A stretch of 64,000 nucleotides of DNA, from assembly GCA_036630325.1 (NCBI GenBank), contig CP142729.1, forward strand, positions 186,001 to 250,000, written 5' to 3'. Position numbers and translations under genes: made by a program. Positions 47,818-60,693 of the stretch are shown in pieces (within the stretch, counting starts at the first letter, position 1; each line of letters begins with the position of its first letter). A model generated the notes under the pieces. The model worked only from the letters and a program-made list of their open reading frames with translations. It was not told where the DNA came from and did no database searches. Source of the DNA: Vairimorpha necatrix. Taxonomy: Eukaryota.

Positions 47818-50369
47818 TTTATTGAAAATTTTTTTATATTTCTTCGGAATGTATGCTTATAATTATGTATATTTAAGTTTTACACTTCCTTGAGGTTGAA
47901 CTTCAAAAACTTTGTAAAATATACACTGTGTTCTACTAGGTGAATATGCAGCGTTAAAAGCCTAAAAAGAACAATATGACATAAAAATATTAAAAAAGAG
48001 CGCAACTGTCTACGCCCAGACTTTCATTGTTTTTTTACATACCAAATCCAGGCTCCTACCCATACAGTTGGAAAATGTTTTTTTGCGAATCATGTGCCAA
48101 GAAGTTAAAATTTAAAGATTTATATAAAAAATATTTCTTGAGTTATAAACATTTTTTGTTTTGAATGATTTTGCAATGAAAATTTTGCCCTTATGGTATG
48201 TCTGAAACCTCTCGGCAACATGTGAATAACATTTTAAGATTCATAAGACAGTATTGGCTAATAGATGAAATCTACTAAAAAAGGAATGTACAAAATATCA
48301 GGAATAATTAGATTATCTCTGTACAATTTGCACCTTGACTGCTACAGGTTTGAATTTAAGGATGGGGTGGGACGTAACTTCAACGGGAGTTTTTGATGGA
48401 ACTTCATTTTCTACTCTAAAAGATACCTAACATAAAAATTTGTATCTTCTGTACCCATTCACAGAAAAACAGTTCATAGTAAACCCAAACAAAAATTCTG
48501 TTTGTCAGCTTTAGGGTCGTTAGGTTTTTAAAAATAATTTTCAATTACTTTGAAAGAAAAAAAATGAGAAAAAAAATAATAATTTTAAAGAGGTGACACA
48601 AACCAACGAAACGGGAATTGTAATGAGGAAATTTGAGTATTACTGTCGAAAAGATATGATACAGTCGAACCCCTTAATTGGTTGGGATAAAGGTATAGAA
48701 CATTAGAACTGATAACTAAAATAGTACAACCCCATACTATACTACAACTATGGGATTCTAATAAAGCACATAAAAAATTTGAACAACACGTTAAACGGAA
48801 TAGCTTTAGCTTATCTCGAAGCAGTCGAATCTATCAACGATAAACGTCGTGTTAATTTACATATTGTAGCTTTATAGCGAAGCAGGAGAGACTTTTTATT
48901 TTTTTAAAAAATCTTTTCACATCTTAAATATGGTATTATACCTAGAAATTGAATTTTAAATTTTCTAAAAAGATAGATGCTGAGGAAGATTTACAATCTA
49001 TGAAAATATCCTGTGTGACACGAATTTTATTGGAATTATTATAGTTTTTAGAAAATAAACTTTTATAATTTTTGTTTCTCCCTAAGAAAGAAAAAAGGTC
49101 TGGTCTTAACCCGCCGCCATTAATGTCAATGGTTTCTTTAGTAAATTTTTATCGAATTACGATACTTTAAGTGTATAAAAATTGAAATTATTGCTACATT
49201 GACAATTTATCATCGATGAATTTAATTAAGATCTATCATGAAAAAAAAATCGTGTTTTAAAAACATAAGTGACAATGAAATTTTAACACAAGTTGTCATT
49301 TATTCTTGTATATATCATAGAAAATTTATGGATCACTAGATATCTTGCTGTTATAAGAAGTCATAAAAATCGTAGATCAAAATTTCAAGGAATACAAATA
49401 TGCTTTTGACATACTATCTCGATTCTGAAGACACAAAAATCTGCAATTTTATAAAACACATAGGTCAAAACTGCCATTAAAAATTATTTTTTTTGGAAAG
49501 TAGTAAAGCGAATCCATCAGTAGTAAAATAATAACCTCGGAAAATCTAGGTTCTAAACTGCATAAAATAATACTGTTTTGCAGTCAATTGGTATAATCAA
49601 GACTGCATTTGCATATACTATAGAGAAATTATGAAAAAAATTAATGAAGGGGATCTCAAAATATTTTTAAGAATCTAACATAGCTTAAAAATTTTGAGTA
49701 AATAGTAAAAGTATTTTCATTAGTAGAAAATGATTTTTTTTCATATCCCGATTTAAATTCTTAATAACTTAATACACCGGATTCTACTATATAAAGCGCT
49801 TATGTAAAAGTAATTCAATTACAAAACAAAGTAACTTGTACACGAATTTGTATTTCCAAAAATTGTACAGAAAGGAAAAGTTTTTTGAGAGAAAAAATTA
49901 GAAAAAATAAAGAATATATTTTAGCCTATAAAATGCTTTGCTTGACTCATCTCGTAATGTAACATTTTTAGGATCCTTTTAAATTAAGGAAATCTAAAAA
50001 AATATGAGATCTTTAAAAATTTGTTTTGAATTCCTAAATTACGAACGTAATACTAATTCTGTATATCACACTCTTTAAATTGACGATAAAATTCTTTTTA
50101 AAAACATCTTTATAGTATAATTATTGAAGGATTTGATTTTAACAAAAAAAAGATTATTTATCAATTAAAATCAGCAGATTGAGTTTATACCAGATTCGAT
50201 TTATCAAAAAAATGAAATTGATATCATACAAAAATGTAATAAAATAATAAGAATGTTTATGGCTATTAAGTTTTTTATGTCATCGTCCTTTTGGTTCCAC
50301 TAGAAAAATACCCCCTAAAAAATCATTAAATTTATTAAATATTTTTTAAATAACTAAATATTTTTGTAA

Positions 50370-51200
50370 AAAAAAAGCAAAGGCATAGGGAATGGAATAT
50401 TTTTTTTTTCTATATAAAGACTGTCTCTTCGCCATAAAAATCTTTTAAAAAGTTAGCGATACGATCACGATTTGACACAATTATTTTTCTTTGATCGTGT
50501 TTTAATTGCTAAAGAATGTTTCGATCTAATTTGTATGTTCAACCTCGCTGTTTTCTAATCCTTTGCCATGGTTTACTATCTCATGCGAAGATCCAAAATT
50601 AGCCACGGCTTAAGGTTATGGTGGATATCCGTCAATAAAATAATAGTTCCTGAGAGTAAATGTTTTTTAAACTCTTTCTATGAAATTTCATGTTTTCTGC
50701 TAGGAATTAATGTAACAAAAAAAATCGTTCCATACCCTTCTACAACTCCACAAGTATCCAAGTATATTAGAAGTATTGTCGTGTAAAGACGACGGAATAT
50801 CAATCACCGGGTCATTGCATATGTCCGTTTCATCGACTTGTACCCTTGTATTTTCTCCCTTATCTTTTCTATATCTGATGGAGTCTAGCTTTTAATGTCC
50901 ATAAATATATTTTTAATTCAATGTACATTGACTCGGATATTTTGCAAAAATTTATAGCTTAGTAGTTCGAGGAAGAAAATACCCAACAATATAAACTCAA
51001 AAGAATCTTTCATATTAAATGGAAATTTTATTAATTTCGTGCTTTTTTTAAAATACATTTTATTTATTTCGTGCTTTTTTAAAATACATTACATTTTGCA
51101 TTTTTTACATACATCTGAACCATTCCCATCGAAAAAGAAAGAAACGCTTGCAATAGACATGTTTCAGTGAAATTACTTTGAAAAAATGGAATGATGGGCT
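50370..51200 (-). mobile_element. Decayed Merlin/ISXO2-like transposase
   Basis: GENTRVQVDETDIC, GVVEG, FVTLIPSRK, KKHLLSGTII..DGYP. Boundaries approximate. Confidence 0.7.
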
Positions 51201-51269
51201 TTATCACATCTAATTCTAATAAAACAGTAATTGTGAGATTATCAAATTATAACTTAGAATTGCAAGATT

Positions 51270-52245
51270 AAGTTCTCTGACCTTTTCCAAAATTCCTGCT
51301 GGCATGAAGAGTAAGAAAAATGTGAAAGAAAAGGGGAAAAGACCATAGCTTGGAAGATCGCCCCCCTAGAAACAAAAATAAGAAACGAGAGGGGTTTTTT
51401 GATTTTAGAAAATTAAGTTTTTTTGATATGCTTTGGTTGAGTGAGGCGATTTTCTTAGTAGCGCCGGATTTTTTCAATTTAATAGATGTTTTGATTTTTT
51501 TTTTACAGCGTCGTGTTCTTCAAAATTGTTATATATACTAGAACTTACAGCGTCGCTTAAATTTTTCTTTTTAATTGATCTCCTTCGTTTTTTCTTCGTC
51601 GGTGTGATTTTAAATTTTAAATTATCTAAATATTCATTTTCCCCAACTTTTGTTTTATTTGAGTTTTCATTTTCTTCAAACATTCAAAATCTATGATATA
51701 TATATAATATACATTTTCATTATAATCCAGAGATGTTTTATTTCATTGTTTTTAATATCTTCTTCTCTTGCAATAAAACATATATTTAAAAATATTGGCT
51801 CTGCTCATAAATTAAAATATACTGTTTTTCATATTTTATTCACTAAAAGTTTGTTTTTAGAATATACTAGGGACATGAAATAACCTTTAGTATTATCAAA
51901 TTTAGAACTAGCTTTAAAAAACTTACACTCAAAAAAAAACTTCTTTCATGAAAGTATCGTGTGTATATGCATAATTTATTGATTTTATCATTTAACGACA
52001 TTTTCGCACCATGAAAATTCCTTATTTTAGACATAATAGTTTAACTTATTTTTTCTATTTATCAATTTAAATACCGATTTTATATTTTTGTTAATTACTA
52101 ATAAATTACACAAATAGTTCCAGTTTTTAGTTCGTTTGTAGGCCCTAGAAAAATTGTATAAACTGATTCTTTTTTAATAGATACTATAATAGACTCTTTG
52201 TTGGCTGTTGTTTTTAAAACGAAAATTATAAATGAAAAAAAACAT
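51270..52245 (-). pseudogene. Decayed paralog of the 40482-41477 family
   Basis: CCCATG at 52245; KTTANKESIIVSIKKESVYTIFLGPTNELKTG matches ANKEAILVPIENESDFTIYLGLTHDLET. 3' boundary approximate. Confidence 0.65.
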
Positions 52246-53649
52246 GGGTTAAATGGAAATTTATTATTGTAATTTTACTGAGGTATATGTCACATATGAC
52301 AAAAATAATACAACTAGGTCGTTACAAAAACGTATCTTATTTTTTAGTTTTTACAAAATTTAAAATGGCCATAAGAGCCAAAAATTAAATAAGAGTGTCA
52401 CGTGTATACGTCTAAACATATTACACAAACTATAATTTACTCCTATAAAATATAATTCTAGTATATTATAATTGTTTCGCTTGTTTTCTGTAAAAATTAT
52501 TATATGCGATTATTTAAATTAAATAGTAATGTACATCAACTCACACATGCAAGTTAAATATATAAAAATTGAGCTTAAATATTATTTATTTTTACTAGAC
52601 GTACCAAAAGACTGTGCAACAGAATATAACTTGGGTTTAGAATGCATAGTTTCATTAAAATAGTATTGTTTTTAGTTTAAGTATATTCTTAAATATGAAG
52701 TTGAAAAAAAGCATTTTACTCCTAGGAAAGTCTAGTAGAGCATTTATATATAGTACTTGAGTAGAAAATGGAATTAAACCCAGTCATAAAAAACATATTG
52801 TATGATTTTAGACCTAAAACAAATGTGTTTTCAACTCCAAAAAAAAAATTTGTAAGTGGGAAATTTGTTATTGTAATAATAAGTTTATTGTTTATAAACG
52901 ATATAAGCATTCAATCGTGTTATGCCTTTGATTTAAATGTTTTTAACATGATTTTATTAGAATAATAAAATCGTGAATACGTGTTCTTGCATGTATATTA
53001 TTATAAAAATTAGATTGAGTGTAAACTGTTGTTTATTTTAAATAAAACTTCGTTCAAGTTTATCATTATTGTTCTTGATAAACATGACGAATGAGCAATT
53101 ATAAAATGTAAGAAGGTTGAAGGTATTTTATTGTTTGAAAAATTAATATAACAAAAAAAATAAAAGATGAAAAGTAATCATAATACAAAAATACATTCAA
53201 TATTAGAGGCTTTAAGTCTTCTATTGTTGTCCTATAAAATAGTAAGAATTGGCTTCAAAATTGGTTCCGTATATAAAAGCCATTTATTCAATGTATGTTA
53301 TGATATTTTTTTGTATAATATAATCTATCCTTTTTTATTTTAAAACTATTTAGATAATAATATTCTTGGTGCAATAATAAATAGTAACACACATATGAAC
53401 TAAATAAAAATTTCGACATTTATATATAATTTTAGGCATAACAGGTTATTATACAAATGAATAATGAAAATATTTTTATGTTATATGTATGTATTAGTTT
53501 CTTTATCTCCACTTATAAACTCATAGAACATAAATCCAATCGAAAAATACATTCTTTTTATAAACTTTAAAAATAAAAAAAGAATTGTCATAAAACAAAT
53601 AATCTTTAATTGCGTTTGATTGCAGTATATTAAAAAAAATTATTTCCTT

Positions 53650-54195
53650 TTAGCTCTTAGTAGCGTTTTTTCGCATTCTAATTCCATAAAAATTCTTTTT
53701 AAGGTGTAAATCTTCTTGTATTTCATCTACACTTTTTTGAAAACTTTTACTTTTTTGCTTCATTGATTTTTCGTATTTCTTTTTGGTTGATAATAAATAA
53801 TTAACTAAATCCCTTTCCCCTCCTTTAATCTTTTTCTTATTATATTTGTATATCCTCAGTGATTTTATTTTGTTATTTATCTCATCAAATGCATATTTCT
53901 TAATCTTATTATACAAAAAATTCTCATAATATATGAATTTTTCAACTTCTTTTTCGAATCTTATTTTCCAAACATTTTGAAAGACAATAAATTCCTTTAA
54001 ATCATATTCTTCTTTGGTATATTTCTCTATTAAAGGAGTTTCAGTGTGACAAATTTCTTTTAATAAATTACTTAAAATTTCTTCTGGATCAATTTCGTTA
54101 AAGATTCCTTTTAACCTCTGTCTTATATCTCGAGATATTGGATCACTTAGTTTAACAAATTCTAATAAAATAAAAAACCAATTTACAACGTTCAT
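53650..54195 (-). CDS. Hypothetical secreted basic protein
   Basis: GCCCATAAATG start, signal-peptide-like N-terminus, 181 aa. Confidence 0.78.
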   Translation of the reverse strand: MNVVNWFFILLEFVKLSDPISRDIRQRLKGIFNEIDPEEILSNLLKEICHTETPLIEKYTKEEYDLKEFIVFQNVWKIRFEKEVEKFIYYENFLYNKIKKYAFDEINNKIKSLRIYKYNKKKIKGGERDLVNYLLSTKKKYEKSMKQKSKSFQKSVDEIQEDLHLKKNFYGIRMRKNATKS

Positions 54196-56543
54196 TTATG
54201 GGCAGAAAAATATTTTCGATTTTTGAAAATTGTTTGCTTATATTTTGTTTAAACTGTTATTAATTTGTCTATTGAGTAATTCCTGTTTATTTATGGAGAG
54301 ATCTTCAAAAATAGTGACTAAAGAATAATATTTAATATGTATATATTTTGTATTCAAATATAATTTTATGTTATGTTTTGTTAGTTGTTTTTGAAGCTTT
54401 ATATATTAATGATATGATATATAATTTTTTTAAAATTATGATCAACGGAAAATTTCAATCGAAAATCGAAGAAAATAGTTGTATGTAAAACGAAGATAAC
54501 GGCCATTAGTACGTACACGAAGATTATACTTAATTCTCTATATTTTCTGTCATTGTTCGACAATTGTTTTTTTATAATAGATATGTGGAATCAATTAAAA
54601 TGATATATTTATGATATAACTTTAACACATAGAATGTTTATATTTCTGACAAATAAAATTTTATTAGTTTATAAATAAAAATTATGCTTTATTATGTACC
54701 ATTTTTCTCAGATTATCATTATTTAGGGGCTGTTATGTTTATCAAAACGAAAACTGCAGGAGGGATATTTTTTTATTTTTCTTATTAAATTCAAAAAAGT
54801 TCACATTGTCGAAAATGTAACAATATATTCTTTAATTTTTCATACACCTAATTAATTAAATGTGTGTTATAATTGTTCGTTAAATGTATTTCATGAAAAT
54901 TTTGCCTGGTCATTTGTCACTACATCATTCGGGATAAGTAAAAATGTACTCAAATATATTTGTACTTATACTAACTGTAAAAATCAGTGTTCTATATGAA
55001 CATTAACATGGATTAAGAGTCTTAATAATGATTATAAAAAATTGATATGATGTTTAGACAAGTATATCTTAGTTGCAAGCTAAAACTCGTAACAAAAAGT
55101 GTGAAATAAAAACAAAAAAAAACAAATAGAGTTATTAAAAAGAATTCGATTGTGTGAAATTAGATGTTACCATCCAGAGCAGGATTATGTGATTATAAAA
55201 AAATAAGTATAAATTTATTTAAATATATTTAAACTATTATATATATGCTTGAAAGATAAATTTATAATTTAGATAATAGTTTTTTAATGAAAAGTTTATT
55301 TTTAAATTTTGATTATACTTATTTATTACAGCACATTTAATTAGAAAAGTTCTATTAAAAATTATATCTTTCTACTTTGTGCTAAATAATTTCATGTATT
55401 ATTTTGATCACTACATTAAACCCTTGCCTGCCTATTAAATTTGCAAATGAATATAACATGTATAGTAGCTGAAATATGAAATGTAGATGATCCACATTTG
55501 AATATTTTTGAAGTAATGTATTTTAATGTTTTAACTAGGATATATTTTACTTTTTAAACGTGTGGCATTTTATTTTAATTGTTCATTTAACTATTAAAAT
55601 AAATTTATACATTCGAAAAAATGTCAATTATTTACGTTTTTTCATTTTTTAAAATTTTTGAGATCCATTTTGTGTATTAAAATTTCAGATTTTAATTATG
55701 CTTTTGATTTTGTGAAAAAAATATTTAATACAAAGTCGGTGTATTCGCCTTAAATTTTATTTTTTTGATATTTTTTGCAGCTACTACAAAAAGCTTTTAT
55801 TTCATTACTATTTATCTTGGAGTTATAATCAATTTATGCAATATGATAATAGAAAAACGAAGTTATTTGATTTTGACGTTGTGATAATTAGTTATATTAT
55901 ATGTCGAGCCTTTGTACAATTGTTATAACATTACCACACGATCTATAAAATTTTTCGTTTGTTAATATTCAAATATTGTCGCATTATAATTTTTCAAAGA
56001 TATCATATTTATCAATATGACACCTTCGCTGTTAACTAGGCCTAATTAACATCTATACATATTATAAATGTATTTTCAGGTGTTTTTAATATATGCTCTT
56101 TTGCTATACTCATAAAATTGATATTTTTTCGTTTAAATTTTATTTCTTCGCTATCATTTGTCAGGTTAAATGCAAAAGGTTTAACAATTTATCTTGCTTA
56201 AGTAAATTTAACACATAGTGATATACATATATTGAATAATGTTTTGTGTAGTTACAATATTGAAATCCGGCCTCTAAGCTATTTTATGTCAAACTTTATA
56301 TATTGTATTGGCTCTTGGAAAATCAAACATTATCTCTATTTTGTATACGAAAATAAATTAATTGCATCAATATTACCGCAAATTTATTATTACTAAACAT
56401 TACAAGCCTTTCTAATATAATCGAGAATTTATATTAAATTCGGCGAAAAGTTATAACGTCGATTTTTATTGCTACAATCAAATTTTCTATATTCGCTACA
56501 GTATTGATAACCAATTCTGGGTAATTATAACCCCCCCCCCCAA

Positions 56544-56582
<39 letters not shown>

Positions 56583-58232
56583 CATTTCGGTTCTTTACAT
56601 CTTATTTTCAGGTATTAATGTACATTTGTTTATTGTTAGAAGAATTTTTACATCTTTAATAAATACGTATCAAAGTTTTACAAACATTAATATTGATGAA
56701 TTTGAAATTTTTTATACATGCTAACATTTTATGATAATTAGAACAAATCTATACTTGTGGCATTTATTCGTGACTTCTAAGTTGCCATGTCTAAAATTTA
56801 GATATCGATAGAATTATATGATTGTAGATGTAGCATCTGTATGTTTTAAGTCAAGAATATACAATAAAGCTAAGATAAACATTTCAAATATTCGCAATCT
56901 CTTTTTTGACACTAAAATCCCTTACAACAATTAAACTTTATCTTAGGTGTTTTCAAGTCTTAAAAAAAATCACTTCGTATCATTTCGTTCCCAATGCTTT
57001 TTAAATTTGGTAAACTTTTCGATTTAATTATTCCTTCCTTATTTCGAAGAAAATCTTCTAATTTTTTATATACAAACTTTAAACATTCTACTTTTGTAAA
57101 TTAATAAATAATATCAGTAAAAAAAGTCATATTAGTAATTAACTTGTACATTTATAATGTTAAATTTTCCTTAGTCAACATTTTTGCGAAATCTAGTTAC
57201 CTACCCCCATAGTTTTGGTATTTTTCGCAGTGAAATTTTCCATATAAAAATTAGCATGTTAACTAATTTACATATTTATACGTGTAACTTCTATGACTTT
57301 CGAAACTTAAATGATGGGAGTTCTCTTCTCACAAATAAACTTTTCACGCTATCTTCTAACACCACCCTTAAATTTATCGACTAGGATTCAAAGAGATACT
57401 ATCAAATATTTCATAGACACTATTAAGAATCTACTTTGTAAAAAAAAATGAAGAAGAACTAGTTTTTTAACAGAAAAATTTATTATAAACTATTTATACC
57501 TGCCACATTTACAATTTCGTTATATGAGAAATGGCATATGGCTCCATTTATACTAGATTAATTAATTAAGTTAAAATTATCTGTGTACGATTACAGTTTC
57601 TCGTAATTCAAAAAAATATAAATAAAGTCTTTGTAAGAGTTTTTTTTTCTTTTTAAAAATCGAGTATAGTTTTTATGTTAGAAACAGTAAAAGAATTAAA
57701 ATATATCTTATCTATCTAGATAGCATTTATATATAAAATATCATTAAGATTAATTAAATACCTTTAGTAATTTCATAAATGTCATGTAAAAATCCTTCAA
57801 TAAAAATTATTGAGCGTTAGTCGAAAGTTATAATCAACTTCAAAACACTAATAATGATTGTTGAGAATTCAAATACAGGAATACACTGTAAATGAAAAGC
57901 TTATGTAGAAAACTCTGAATAAAATTAATGATTATGCTTCGTGGCCGAATCTGGCCGGGCATATATCTAAATTGAAGAAAATACTACAGGAAAACATTAA
58001 AAAAAGTATGACATGATTATGCTTTTTTGTAAACGAATTTCATATTATGTCATATAACTTAATCAATTCCACAATAAAAAGAAAATGTAAAACTTTAAAA
58101 TTGAACTGTTTTTGCGGGATCAAAAAAATATTTTATGACGCAAGTAATAAATCAATAATTTTTAAAATGGATTAGTAATATTAAAGTTTTATAAAAAATT
58201 TAATAAGAAGTAGTAAATCTATTAAAAGTAGT

Positions 58233-59021
58233 CTATGGAATTTCAGAATGTTTTTTCTGTTTATCATCTAAATTAACACTTTTATAATTCTTCCAATTTT
58301 TTAAAAAAAAGTAACAAAACACCCCTATAACGAATATTACTAATGCTATTATTCCTGCAATTATATTAGATGTATAATTGGTCTTATTATTAACTAATTC
58401 ATCTTTTGAGGAGTTATGAGTCAAACAATAATTATGTTTAATTTGATTTGTGTGAAATTCATGTATTCCTTCAACATAACTATCTTCTTTTTCATTAAAA
58501 CATAACCCATAATATGGCTCAAGCCCAGGACACAGTTTAAAAACAACTGACAGCGATCCATCTTTATTTATTATAAAACATACATATTTATTAATAAATT
58601 TTTCTAAGCCATCGTCATGATTCCCAGGCTTATTAAATATTGATGGATCACATACAGGTCCACCTTTGAAAAAAGATTTCGCGATTTCTATAACATCATC
58701 AATAAATCGAATTTCGCTTTTACTCATCTTTATTCTACTTATTTTTCCAACATCATCTCCCAAGTTCAAAGCTTTCATACCTTTTAGTAAATAAACATGC
58801 TGTAGTTTAGTTTCCGAAGTATCGAATCGTGCATTGTGTATAGAATTTTTTTTTTTTAAGACCAATTTCCAGATTTTAATTAATATCTGATGTACTAATT
58901 TTTTATCAAACAGTGGTGCTTTTTTGAAATTATCTAAGCTGTTGCAAAACTCTGTATTGTTATAGACACCACTTGTTTTTATTATTAAAAGTAATTGTAT
59001 TAAAATGAGAGCAGCATTCAT
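58233..59021 (-). CDS. Hypothetical type I membrane protein
   Basis: ACCCTAAATG start, signal peptide, six ectodomain Cys, C-terminal TM (IIAGIIALVIFVIGVFCYFFL). Confidence 0.85.
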   Translation of the reverse strand: MNAALILIQLLLIIKTSGVYNNTEFCNSLDNFKKAPLFDKKLVHQILIKIWKLVLKKKNSIHNARFDTSETKLQHVYLLKGMKALNLGDDVGKISRIKMSKSEIRFIDDVIEIAKSFFKGGPVCDPSIFNKPGNHDDGLEKFINKYVCFIINKDGSLSVVFKLCPGLEPYYGLCFNEKEDSYVEGIHEFHTNQIKHNYCLTHNSSKDELVNNKTNYTSNIIAGIIALVIFVIGVFCYFFLKNWKNYKSVNLDDKQKKHSEIP

Positions 59022-59718
59022 TTAGGGTAAAAAATTATTTTTTTTTAGAATATTAATTAACAAACTAATACACTTTTTTTGATTTTAATATTTACTATTA
59101 TGGGATAATAGAATTTTAAAAGAGATTAAAAATTTGTAAAAGGACACTAAGAAAGATAATAACAAAATTTTTAATTTTTATATTTACTATTTGCGTAAAA
59201 AAAATAACCACTCAAAAAAAATATCATCATGAGAGCAAACAATTTGTTGGTTGAAAAAATTTATCATTAATATCACTGTGAGAACTCACAATTTTTACAA
59301 AAAAATACATATTAAATATCCCCATGTGAATATTGCTCTTGTGACGTAGTTCAAAAAGTTTAGCATTTTATTTTTCTTTTTATCCCTTATTTTTTGGCCC
59401 TCGATTTATAATATAGAAAATACAAAATGCGGCTCTTGTTATTTTATTAATTATGGGCAAATTGTTTTTCAAACAAAAAATAACATTTTTTACTGTACTT
59501 GAATGCTCGATGTTTAGTGTAAAACAGAAGCAAGTTTTCTATATAGTTTATTTGTAAGATTATGTAAGAACAAGTTATTTATTCTTAGAATTATTGTGTT
59601 AAGAAGTTTAAAAAATATAATATTATTTTTTTTCAGACCATATTTTAATCAAAAATACATTTTAACAAAAATAAAATATTTTTAAGATAAAAATTTTTTA
59701 GATATTTTAGATTTTATT

Positions 59719-59947
59719 TGTGGATGTCAAGGGACAGATCTCCAGTGGTTTTAAGATGATCTAGAGATCGGAGAATACTTTTCTATAAGTATTCTCCTCC
59801 TTCTGACCGTATCGGTTTTGAGGGGAAATGTACAATATTTTCCCTCCGATAAACATAAAAGAAACTTAATCTAGGAGGGTATGAAGGATAATAAAAAACT
59901 TAATTTAAAACATTCTTCCCGGACTGATGAAAAACGATCAGTCCACA
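59719..59947. other. Multi-hairpin non-coding element (structured RNA, solo LTR or MITE)
   Basis: At least four stems in 229 bp, bounded by TGTGGA...TCCACA. Confidence 0.45.
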
Positions 59948-60126
59948 GCATATTTTTATACCTATAATTTATGCCATTTTTTTATGCAATAATTTATATG
60001 ATATATTTAAAGTTAAAAATTAACTGTAAAGCGAAAAATCCGATAACGTATGTATAAAAATTGAAAAATAACACTTAAATTATAAATTAATGACAAAAAG
60101 TCAACTTTAAAATTAATAAGATTTGT

Positions 60127-60693
60127 GGTACACGGCCGTTTGGAATCCGCTTTGAAAATTATAAAAAAAGGGGGGAAATATAAAAAAATACTTGGCAATT
60201 TGTTTTTGATAATAAAAGATGATGGTCTATAGGTCGATTTTTAGCTATTTATTAAGATCAAAGGAACAGTTAAAGGTACTTATTGTCTTGTCCTGGTTTG
60301 TTCCTTGCCTAAAACGCATATTTTCTTGGAAAGAAACTAAAATCTCTCAATTTGTATAGTATTGTGTTTTAGGATCGTTAAAGTTTACGAAACCAATGAC
60401 GCGATTTACAGTCCTGTACTCCATCATGCGATTTGTATTGTGCGGCATCAATGTTACCATTGATAATAAATACAATAGAACTGGTGACACATATTGTTCC
60501 CCTCAAGGAAAATAGCCGCATTTCTACTAGATACAGGACAAATAAGGCACACGCTTGTTATGCATTTCTCCAATTTTTATAAAATGATCTTCAAAAAATT
60601 TCCATTTTCAAAAAGACTGCATTTTTAACAAATTTTGTATTTTATTTAGGACTCCATTCATTTTTCCAAAGCGGTTTCAAACAACCATGTACC
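60127..60693 (-). mobile_element. Internally deleted Merlin element
   Basis: Imperfect ~32-bp TIRs GGTACA(C/T)GG...; 8-bp TSD AGATTTGT/AGATTTTT; transposase remnants PVSSRNA, EYRTVN, FVNFNDPKT..IQIER. Confidence 0.8.

Noticed and set aside
57933-57965. tRNA 5' half (GTGGCCGAATCTGG)
   Set aside because: A-box-like only; no B box or cloverleaf downstream.
59918-59947. Hammerhead ribozyme (CTGATGA)
   Set aside because: No stem II followed by GAAA, and the CTGAT is sequestered in a simple hairpin.
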